Origin: Phoronis australis
Taxonomy: Eukaryota; Animalia; Phoronida
Reading direction: 5' to 3'
NCBI GenBank assembly: GCA_002633005.1
Contig: NMRA01000102.1
Coordinates: 337,477 to 401,476 of the forward strand
DNA: 64,000 nucleotides
The notes beneath the pieces are model-generated. The model saw nothing but the letters and a program-made list of their open reading frames with translations. It was not told the DNA's origin and searched no databases. Both the position numbers and the translations under genes were made by a program. Positions 39,101-51,100 of this stretch are shown piece by piece (within the stretch, counting starts at the first letter, position 1; each line of letters begins with the position of its first letter).

Positions 39101-42100
39101 GGCACAAACTACGTCGAATCCATCCGAAAACGGGAGGATAGCGTCACTCCATTAATAGGTGCCTACATATTAAATTTCATGAAAATACGTTTAGGACTTT
39201 TGAAGATACAAAGGTAAGCGTAAATAAAAACTAAAATTGCCACTAGGGGGCACACCAGTAGTCGGATCCGTCCAAAAGTTCGCTCATGCCGTCCCATTCA
39301 TGAATGGAACATATGTGCCAAATTTCATGAACTTAAGTCCAAGGCTTTCGGAGATAGAGCAGCGGACACCGCACGTTGCCCGGACGGATGGAGATGACGG
39401 CATAATGCGTCCACATATAAATATGTGGGCGCATAAAAATCCAGCAAATGGTTTAGGAAATATGGCCATGGGCGCAAAAAAACAAAACTGCCACTAGGAG
39501 GCGCCACAGTAGTCACAGTTGTCGGAAAATCATTGTCAGCCGCCCTCTTCACAGTAAGAACATATATGCCAATTTTCAAAATCATATCCAGAGCGGTTTG
39601 ATTGATAGAAGGGCAGACGCCAAAAAACAGACTCGAAAACAGTAAAAATGGCCACTAGGTGGCGTAAAGTACCTTGAAAAGGGAGGATGGCATCATCTCA
39701 CTAATAGAAATATAACTGCCACATTTTATGAAAATCCATTGAGGACCTCTAAAGATACAGAAGTAAGCGTAAAAAACTAAAATTGCAACTATGGGACACA
39801 CCAGTAGTCGGAGAGTTCTGAAATTCGTCATCATCTGTTGTGGGCTTGATAGCAACACATCTACCAAATCTCATCAAGATCCTGAGGGGTTTAGGAGATA
39901 CAGCTGCGGACGCCGGACAGCGATGATATCAATATGCGACCACATATAAATATGTGGGTGCATAAAAATGAATAACCATTGTATGCATGACCTACTTGTT
40001 CTCATCACCAGCGCCCTCTTTCTTGAGTTTCTCCTCCATTTCCTTCTTCCTCTGCGCTCGTTTTTCTTCTTCTCGCGCTTTCTCTTTCGCTCGCTCTTCA
40101 AGTCGCTTCTTGTATCTGTAGCCAAGCCAAAGTAATAAAATAATTTAAAATTTGTGAATAATTATCAGGAGCATGCTGTTAAGGTGTATAACACTAATAA
40201 GATGCTTCAAATGTCATAGATCACATGGTGTGTACAGAAACTCTTATGTGTGTCTACAAATGTATGTTAATGAGGAGAGTCTCATCAGCACTACTTTCCA
40301 CGAAAAAATTTGATACATTCCCGCCACACTCACTGCTCAAGATCAAGCACAGGCAGATAAGACCACTATAACAACATGGCTAGCTGTAAGCACACTTTCA
40401 TAGTCTGAGTAGCCAAGGGGAGGGGGGTGGCGGCACTTGAATTCAAAATTTCTGGGGGTTGTCCTCCGAGAAAATTTTAATAAGTGGTGGTCCTTCTTGA
40501 AAGAAGTAAAATATTATAAGTGGTTGGTATCTTTTGTCCACTAAATGTTGACAGAAGGCTATTTTCAGTCAAACACCAACTTAAATACACTCTTGCTTGG
40601 CAGATACTCAAAAATATCCAAAAACAACAAAACAAGCCCATGTTGCTAGTGTACAATGTGCAATACATACACTATGTCATTACTCAAGCATGCATGTCAG
40701 AATGTTTAGTTGTCCTCAACTAATCCCAACGTATCTCAACTTATCCTGTCATCATCACCGATGCAAGCCTGTTGCTGACGTTAATGTCACAGTTTATTTA
40801 CTACGATATATTGACTACTGGTGAATAGCAAGACTAATTACCTTGCAGCTGCTTCCTCACGCTCCCTCTGGTTCTCTGCCCACTGGATGTGTCTCAACTC
40901 CATCTTAGCCTGTTTCAACTTCTCGTAAACGTCATCGATGAGGTCACGACTGGCAGCATAGGTCAAGATCTGATGGCTCAGGGCTGTTAGGATCTTCAGC
41001 TTATCAGCTGAAAATAATCAAACATCAACTAACGATAGTATGGTGGTTTACCGCTGTCATAAGTCTTAACACAAAGGATTACATCAGTAAGTTAGTTAGG
41101 TTAAAAAATCTTGATTTAGATCACTGACCACAAAAATGACCACTGATGATCCCAACTTGTTCCTTGCTTGTATCAGAACCATTTTCTGGGTTGAGAAGGA
41201 AGATATTTTGTTACTTCTTATAACATATCTCAGTTATTTGGATGAAAGCAATCAATACTTATTTTATAGCAGTTAATCATAAGTTATTTTTTTGACAGAA
41301 AACTGTGACTTAAGAAATTTAACCAGCACGCTGTTTTGAATTCTAAATCTCAAAAATTGTGTTCGAATAAAACACAATCGAAAGTCAATAATTAAAAACA
41401 TTTTATTTCTACAACGAATATAATTACTGAGATAATATAACTATTACCTGGTGTCATGTCAAAGATGCTGGTAGTACAAATACCTGGTGCTATGTCAAAG
41501 AAGCTAGTAGTATAAATACCTGGTGTCATGTCAAAGATGCTGATAGTACAAATACCTGGTCTCATGTCAAAGATGCTGGTAGTACAAATACCTGGTGTCA
41601 AGTCAAAGATGCTGGTAGTACAAATACTTGGTGTCGTGTCAACGATGCTGGTAGTACAAATACCTGGTGTCNNNNNNNNNNNNNNNNNNNNNNNNNNNNN
41701 NNNNNNNNNNNNNNNNNNNNNNNNNNNNNNNNNNNNNNNNNNNNNNNNNNNNNNNNNNNNNNNNNNNNNNNNNNNNNNNNNNNNNNNNNNNNNNNNNNNN
41801 NNNNNNNNNNNNNNNNNNNNNNNNNNNNNNNNNNNNNNNNNNNNNNNNNNNNNNNNNNNNNNNNNNNNNNNNNNNNNNNNNNNNNNNNNNNNNNNNNNNN
41901 NNNNNNNNNNNNNNNNNNNNNNNNNNNNNNNNNNNNNNNNNNNNNNNNNNNNNNNNNNNNNNNNNNNNNNNNNNNNNNNNNNNNNNNNNNNNNNNNNNNN
42001 NNNNNNNNNNNNNNNNNNNNNNNNNNNNNNNNNNNNNNNNNNNNNNNNNNNNNNNNNNNNNNNNNNNNNNNNNNNNNNNNNNNNNNNNNNNNNNNNNNNN

Positions 42101-45100
42101 NNNNNNNNNNNNNNNNNNNNNNNNNNNNNNNNNNNNNNNNNNNNNNNNNNNNNNNNNNNNNNNNNNNNNNNNNNNNNNNNNNNNNNNNNNNNNNNNNNNN
42201 NNNNNNNNNNNNNNNNNNNNNNNNNNNNNNNNNNNNNNNNNNNNNNNNNNNNNNNNNNNNNNNNNNNNNNNNNNNNNNNNNNNNNNNNNNNNNNNNNNNN
42301 NNNNNNNNNNNNNNNNNNNNNNNNNNNNNNNNNNNNNNNNNNNNNNNNNNNNNNNNNNNNNNNNNNNNNNNNNNNNNNNNNNNNNNNNNNNNNNNCTGGT
42401 GTCATGTCAAAGATGCTGGTAGTACAAATACCTGGTGTCATGTCAAAGATGCTGGTAGTACAAATACCTGGTGCCATGTCAAAGATGCTGGTAGTATAAA
42501 TACCTGGTGTCATGTCAAAGATGCTGGTAGTACAAAACGCCTTCAACAGTTCTGGTTCACTGATCTTCAATTCCAAACCAGCGTCATCCAGAGAGGAGTA
42601 ACCACCTCTCTGTTGATAGCGGAACTTGATGCTGCGCGCATTCCCTCGTGCACCAGATGACAGGAAGTGCAGTCTTAAGATCTCCGTCAAGGTCATGGAG
42701 TCAAAAGTCAACTTCTTCAAAGGCATTCCTGTATTGACAGGGTGGAAATCAATTCTAGTTCTAAATTAATAGCGACAAAGTAAATTAATATGTTTGGTGT
42801 TTATAAGACAAAACTTGCCAAACGAAGAAAAACTGATGTCTACAAGTAGATGCCACAACACAGAGACACCAATTTCTGAACTTTGACAAGAATCATACTA
42901 GATTGCAATAAGCTAGTATCTGGCAAGCTTGGCAAGATCATGGCAGGATATCAGGCCATGCATAACAAGCAAGCTGTGATGTCAATACTTGCTCTACTTC
43001 ACAACAACTAACCATCCTTTGATGATATGTTGTAATGCAATTAATTTCAGAAGAAACTGTCGCTAACAGTTGTAATCGATCATTCACATCAAATTGAGAA
43101 ACAACACAAAAGGCCCCGACGGATTTGATATCCAATTATTTCTGGCCTAATTGCCATGTCATCCAAAATTACAGGTAATTAACAAACCTTGGTGTAACTG
43201 GGGCCACTGAGAAGCCAGTGTAGCATCCTGTATTAACTGGCTGACTGTTTTGTTGGACGACGAATCATCCACTAGAAAGAAAAAAAAACATCATAGACAA
43301 TCTAAGAAACTGACGGAGCACAGACAAGCGAGGCTGATTAATTACACTTTTAAAGTACAATACCCTTCTGGCATTCAGACCAGACTAGAACCTGGAATAT
43401 ATCTGAAGTATGTGTAACTGTTTGTCTGCAATACCTTTAAATGTCATGACAATGAGACAGTATTGTATAATTTTTCACATTTACACGTGAACAATGGATT
43501 GCCTTGCAAGATAATATAGTACAGTGGTATGGAACAGACTCTCACTTCAGAGGCAAGAGTCCAAATCCTGTGCTATGAAACTATCAGGAAACATTAATTT
43601 TAACCACTTCTTGTGCTTGGTTTCAGCTCAAGTTGATATAATTGAATGTGTGTGGTGTGAATGCGCTGAAGTTACTGAATGTAATCACCTCTTTGTAACC
43701 TATGCACAACAGCTGACTATGTGCCTACCTGCCACAGTCGTCACCTCTTTGTAACCTATGCACAACAGCTGACTATGTGCCTACCTGCCAGTCGTCACCT
43801 CTTTGTAACCTATGCACAACAGCTGACTATGTGCCTACCTGCCACAGTCGTCTCCTCTTCCCCCAGATTTAACTCCCCTTCTTCAGCCTCTTCCTCATCC
43901 TGCAAGCTGATAATAGTGGACAGTAGTGCTTCACACAAATCTGTCAGCGGGCCATTTGTGTCTGGGTCAACTAAAGCTTGTTCCAAGGTTTCTACAAGAC
44001 ATAAACATAAAATTAGTCTCCAAAGTACCTTCAGGATAACATTCATTTCGACACAGTTTGTTCCATTTACATCACATAACAAGGACGCCATTCAACATTC
44101 CAATCTGGCCACAATACTGCTAATATTCAAATATTAACAGTTTCTTGTAGAGGTCTTTCAACTAATTTTTGTTGTTAAAAATCTTAGTTAAGTAGGTCCA
44201 GAGAAAATTTAAGCCAGTGATTGCTTATGACTGTGATCCTTGAAGGTGTTCAAGTAAAAAACAACAACACCCATTCTGTCTGAAGACCGTGAATTTCAAA
44301 ACTAGCACCCTGGTTACTTGCTGGGAAACTCTCGGTATCAAGTTATTTATTTTCAACAGTCTGAACATAATGAGTAGAACTGGAAATGGGAAGTCACATT
44401 TATAAATTATGTCCATCATAAAAGGGATCATTAAAGAAAAACGTGGATATGAGTGTATTGACCCACATGACCTCAAGTTTATCTCTAAATTTGGAGGACA
44501 TATGGGCCATGTTCACCTTTTTTGTCCTATTTCTCTTCCAGTTTTAATGGGCCCCTTGGCCCCAGTTAAAGCAATAACAGCGTGTCAATTAAATTATTTT
44601 TGCGCTAATGATGCGGGCACTCTCCTAAGATTATCCCTGCATAAAGCCTTTAGCTAAAATAAACAAACTTCTCACTATAGTCAAATCCATCAGGGAAGTG
44701 GTCCTCCATATCCAGTACAGCATCAAAGTGCTTAGTAAACTCTAACAACATGATAGCATCACCAAACAGTTCTGAAGGCAAGCATGTTCTCACTGGTGTA
44801 GACTTTGGAAGGGGCTGCAAAATAGGATTTGGTTACTATAGAACATACGAAACAAACAGTTGTAATGCTCAAAAGTCAATAAAGTATTATTATTACCACA
44901 GGGCTCGATTTGATGACCTGCAGCTTGCCAATGCGACTGCAGATTGTGTTTAGAGACCTAGGAAAAATCCCAAGTCCCCATGAACTCACCAAAACGAGTA
45001 TTAAAGTTAGACAATAATTCACTCGAAATTCGTTTCAAAATTTGTGACTTCAAACTTTAAATTAATACCATTTTTGCTAGATTCAATACCTTTGGTTCAC

Positions 45101-48100
45101 AATTGCAATAAAATCTTAGAGTCACTCAATGACACACTGATCTGAGGACAGTGGCTCAGTTTGAACAGCCATGAAACAATAGTTTGTCGACAACAATGCT
45201 TGAAATGATATTCCATGCACTCCACAAACTTTATACTTCATTTAGTGTAAACCCGAGATTACAAAACAATCCTATTTACAAAGCTCATAATGCAATTCAC
45301 AAATTTGCTCTCAGTAACCTGCCATCTTTAAATACGACCAGGTCATAAAAGCAAACCATCAAATAATCTTGACAAACTGAACAACATGTTAAATATTGTA
45401 TGAATAGTTTGATAAAGACTATAAAGAAATTTGCGGTCAATCAAGGAAAAGTGCCTTTAACAATTGCAGTTACCATCTGAACATGTACTGCAGATTTTCC
45501 TTCTGAGTATAATTCCAACAAATCAAGATTCCAAGACCAAACAAGTCCAATGCAAACTTACATTTGTAACAACCAATTAGTTCTGGACACATTTTAGACT
45601 TGTGACAAGTAATAATGTTAGGGGTGTGAACAGTTTATAACAGTTGTTAAGGTGCAATGTCAGTAACAACACAAGTCATCCCAGTACTTAACACTTTGAA
45701 TGCCTACCCTGAGGTCATCACATTCAAGGTCATCTCGCTGCTTGCTCCACTCCTTCAGCATATTTTCTCGTTGTCTTTTCTCCTCCATGCGTTTCTTCCT
45801 TTCCTAAAATGCAACAAACAAATACAAAATAATATCAATACAATTGTTACTCTTGGTAAATTGCGAGTGGGTAACCTCAGAGATTCTGTACCTGTGGAAA
45901 TTAGATACATGCAGTCTAGACAGCGACATGCTGATATTGAACTTGACAAAGTCGTAGAAATCATCAAATTACCACGAGTAAATTCTTCCATATCTATTAC
46001 AGACTTATTTTACTTTTCATCCTGTCAAATGACCATCTCCTTTATTTTCTTTTCATATACATAACCTCAACCCCCCACATTTGACTCAAACCACATCAAA
46101 TAATCTGCCAATATATTTCATTCAACTCCACCATTTCAACCGACCCTCTTCACTCCAACTCCTGACACTAATACACCATCTCTTCCCAGCCACTAAAAAG
46201 ACACCATCCCTTCCCTGCTACTAAATAAGACACTATACCTTCCCTGCTACTAAAAAGACACCATCCCTTCCCTGCTACTAAAAAGACACCATCCCTTCCC
46301 TGCTACTAAACAAGACACCATCCCTTCCCTACTACTAAATAAGACAACACCATTTCCACCAGTGTCAAAAAACAGACAATCACCACACAAATGAAAAAGT
46401 TCATATTGATTCGACGTTTCGTCTACTCATTAGACATCATCACAAACAATGAGAAATCAAGTGTCGACATACCAGTCAGGTTATATCCATGAAGTGAAAT
46501 GAGTGTAGCAACAATGACACGAAATAGTAAATAGGTCATCACCATAGCTGTAGGGTCACTGAGCTCCGCATGTTATTCAGAGAACCAGCACCTGAATGGC
46601 CAATGACTCTTTAATTAAAGATGATGTCTAATGAATAGACGAAACGTCAAATCAATATGAAATTTTTCATTAATTGCAATTGTCCGTTTTTTGATCCTAT
46701 TATGGCTAAAAACTGATGTAATTTCCACCAGTCGTTTTTCACTTTTTCGTCCTAACGTAATTGCTCGAAACTGCTGTTTTTCATTTTCAAAGAATGATTA
46801 TCCTGCTACAAATATGCACAGGGAGCTGTTTTATGGAAGTTATATTTGCTATTAATAAAATATTAAAATTTTCTTGATTTGTTTTGCACACAATTTCAAT
46901 GAAATGAAATTCCACTGGTCTGCCATATCATGTGCCAAATTACCAGACCTTGTTGATAACCCTCAGCCTTCCTTTCCTCAACCTCCCTCAAAATCCTTAT
47001 CTTCTCAATCTCGACAAGTGACTTCCCACTCACCTCCATCAGCTCGGCCTTTCTTCTCTCTCTTTCTTCTCTTTGTTTCTGAAGCACTTCCTCTTTCTTT
47101 GCCAGCCTTTCTTCCAACATAGCTTGCTTCCTGGCCTCCTTTTCCTGACGCAGTCTTTCCTTCACAGCCTCTCTCTCTTCTGCAGTCAATCGTTTCTTCT
47201 CAACAACTTCCTCTGCATTCTTTTCTGAAGACCAAGAACATGGATATGAGTTACCTGCATCTGATATACAGACATACATGCTGTGTTTTAGAGAATAGAA
47301 AATTTTTAGAGAATAGAAAATTTTCTTTCCAAAGTCGTGTTGTCAATGAAACCACGAAACTATCTGCTTTGAGTAGCCATCAGACAATTAGATCAGCAAC
47401 TGTCAAGGAATTAGATCAAACATTTGCTTTACAATTTAAATTTTTTAAGAATTATTTATATACAACAAATACAATTCAATGTGTCAGCAAGCTCTTCCAC
47501 CCATTATAAAAACATAGAGAACAAAAACCGTAAGAATTGTGAAGAAGAAAAAGTAATATCTCTTGTGCCATGATCTTTCCATAAAATGAACAAAAGCAAA
47601 TAGTCATTGAATGGCTTGAAATTCACAAGGTGTTGCCAATGAACAAACAGGCAGTGTGGCCTGGTTGATAAGTGCCCGCTTTCTTTACTCGAGGTCGTGG
47701 GTTCGAGTCCCACCATGTCACCCTGCTAAACCCTTGAGCCAGGTTTCTAGCTCCTCAGCTCGGTTTTAACCACATATTAATAAAGCATAAAAATATTTCC
47801 AGGTGATCAGTGCAATGGGCCCACATGCGAGGCCTGCGCACGTCTGGTACAACGTGTATCAGACCGCCTGCAATTTTTTTTTTCAATGAACAAACTATTT
47901 TTCTCTTTGTAAGATCTGGATAGATATCGAAAAGAAAGCAATCCATCAGTACAGGAACGGCTGTGAACAAAGGGTTTCACGTGACTACCCAAATGCAGAT
48001 AGGCACCATGTGCCACAAGTCCTACCTAGTGAATTTTGAAATCATCACTGATACCAAACCAGGCACACAGATAGTGTGAATGTATTTCGTTTCGAATTTG

Positions 48101-51100
48101 TCTAAGAAAGAAGGTATGGAATAACAAGACTTAACACTTTTATTTCCTCAGACTTGTTTTATGAAGTTATAATTTTTGAGCTGTCAAGACAACTATGGGC
48201 AGAAATGCTGCAAGATAATACAAACTTTTGAGCTGTCAAGACAACTATGGGCAGAAATGCTGCAAGATAATACAAACTTTTGAGCTGTCAAGACAACTAT
48301 GGACAGAAATGCTGCAAGATAATACAAACTACAGTAAATATTCCCCTATTGGGGACATTCCCTAGAATTTAGGATGAAGAAACGTCTGCAAAAATTGAAT
48401 TTCCTTAATTATGGAATTTGGGACAAGAGTGATCATGGCTTTCACCATATTTCTTAAATTTTTTGTTTTCAATCTACAGAGTGTGTAATTTTGCCATCTT
48501 TCTGGTGATTCTTGAATTTGGGACTGCCAATATTGCCTATTTCTGGAAGTTGAGACAAGCTCTAACCTTGAGCCAAATAATTAAATTTACCCTCATTACT
48601 TTAACAGGGCTCAGTTATGAACAGAACAAAACCTGCCTTTCTTTTTCTCCTTGCCTTTCTTCATTTTCTCTTTTTGTTCTTTCTTTTCTTTCTTTGCCTT
48701 CTTAATGGCTTCTACTTCAGCACTCATCTTCTTTGGTGTCGCTCTTTTTTTGCCAGTGAATGAGTCAGGGAAGACGGGAGGCAGCGAAGAGAAGTAGTTC
48801 ATATAGACTATTTCACTCAGTTTGTATCTCTCTGCAATTTTGCTCTGCAACAATAAATGAAAGATTAATCTTTAAGCATTGGTTTCAATACAAACATTTT
48901 ACACCTTCAATTAAATCTGCAATAAACCCACTAGTCAAAACTTGAATTTTTCATTTTGAACATTTGCTGCTATAAAATAGATCTCAAAATATTCCTTGCT
49001 CAAATAAGAAGTGATTTCAGGGTTCAAGAAGAACAGGTAATACATTATTACTCAAGCATGGAGTAAAGGACAGGTTCAAGATGTCCGACAATGACGAACA
49101 ATCTGTCTTCACTTCTAACCTTAATAAAGAACATAGCAGCTTTAAAAGGTCAATAGTTTTCACAAACCCATTTGGAAAGCTTGATCTTTAAGTGTTTAAC
49201 AAATTACAATGAATCCATTGAGTTTAAGCTTGATCATTTTACACTGATGTATTGAATTCAAAGATGATGCATGAATGATATTTTTTGTAATGCACATCAG
49301 GGTAATTTTTATGGTTTACAACTTTTATTGGCAAGGAACTCAACTTGATGAAAAAAGGATATTGATTTAACACTGGTCAATTTCTATAAACACAAAAGCA
49401 CATACTAAAAATTTCTATACACAAAAGCACACACTAACCTTCACCGTCCACAGACCATTCACAGATTCACAGTGTTGTTTTAGGAATAGCTTACACTTGT
49501 CCCGAGTAAACAATCCTTTCTTCCGGCTGAAATGAAGAAATACAGCAATTCCTGCAGAAATAAATAGTTATTTTCTCAAAACACCTACACAAGACCACAT
49601 AAAATGGTATTTACAAGACAGATAATAGTATGTACAGTAAGCAGACTCTATACTGTGGCAGATCAATATTTCATCCCCTCAATCTTGTTAGCAAAAATTA
49701 TTGAGCAAACAATAGTTTCAAGACTCGACATAATGAGGTGTAGGTCGCATTTGCAACTTGAAATTTGGAAATGCGAGCTGAGATTTTTGTCAGCTCGTAT
49801 CAAGTCGCAAAATGCAACCTGGAATTTCCAACGAATGCGAGCTGAGTTTTTACAATTCTCGGCAGATACCTGGCAAATATAAAGCAACTCATATAAATCT
49901 GACCGTTATTTGGCTGTTGCCGAATCCAAGTTCAAAAGAACAATAACCGAGAACAGCCCGATCCTGATGATTTGTAAGTAAGTTACGTGAACATGGGATA
50001 TGCAGAATCGATTTTTGACGCGTTTCACTGGCTAACATTTTCGGCCACTTTTGCAAATTTCCGGATTCGCCAAAGAAAATTTGAGGCCACTGCATAACAC
50101 GTTATAAAACATCACAAAACAGCAGTGTTTCTACTAATTCGTAAGCGATCAATTTACCAAACTTTCTGGTGGACAAATATGTTTATTTTTCGCTCAAGAT
50201 GTCCTTATTATATGTACCAAATATGTACGACAATATCCCTGATATCGCACTGCGGAACTGGTCGGTCCTGTTGTTAGCGCGCAAGCGGTTCCGGCAGACA
50301 ATCGTGACTTAGAGATGTGCGTCTCGTTTTTATCGCATAAGACAGCCAAAGTGAAAATGATAACCCTATTTATCGCCTTTACTTCCAGTTGCCAAGACAT
50401 TCTCAAACCCTTTTACTCATTTCTAGGGGTACGTACGCGAAGTATGATTCGTCTTTCACAAATTTGGAGAATTTCCAATTAATCGCCCACAGTTCAGGCT
50501 AGCGCCCATCATAGCGCATTACAAATGACAGTGCGTGGTATAAAATTGACACGCAGCTTATATGGTATGTCACTGTCATTTTACACAACAAATTCAGTTT
50601 TCAAAAAACGTCTTTTCTCAATATGTAAAAACCAAATCCCGGTTTTTTGTATACTTCCGAAAGAAGGTTGCGTGTCGTTTTATGACTGACCTATTTGTCC
50701 CGTACTTGGAAGGTATTGAGGAGCAAACTCGCCATTATCTGATGGAGACCTGAATGGAGCTGGGAGTCGGGAATTATTTCGACGCTATTCATTTGACGAA
50801 AAACTACTTGTTGAGTACGTAAACAGCATAATTACCACATTTTTGTGGTGAAATTTGCACTGAATTGTTCCCGCGCATCCAAATAGGTTATCGTTTCACG
50901 GATTTTTTCCAGATGTTTTTCAAACGTCAAGTAGCAAAATTTGGGCTGCGAACATAAAGTGGAGGGAATTTGCACTCCGAGTTAATTTGAATCGTTAACG
51001 ACTTTGATGACAGCCAGTAGCAGGTCAGACCTAGCAAAATCCCAGATACTTTTTCAACTGGCATTTTCCTCCCTTTTCACATCGCAAACTTAGCTACTCG

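Larger units (their letters stand above)
36224..39968. mobile_element. Helentron-associated (HINE-like) element with an internal satellite-like array; hosts copy 4
   Basis: 5' ACAAGAG, hairpin caacgc-gga-gcgttg and subTIR ATGCACCCA; 3' hairpin ccacatat-aa-atatgtgg, TGGGTGCAT and A run; internal diverged units with ccactagg motifs. Confidence 0.7.

Noticed and set aside
41528-42499. + strand ORFs of 251-323 aa
   Set aside because: Antisense reading of the 36-bp repeat plus the N gap
47255-47260. 6-nt micro-exon ag|ATGCAG|gtaact
   Set aside because: The downstream intron would be only 30 nt
47650-47725. tRNA gene
   Set aside because: A and B boxes are present but there is no complete cloverleaf, and it continues into a body shared with 58085-58222, so it is a SINE head
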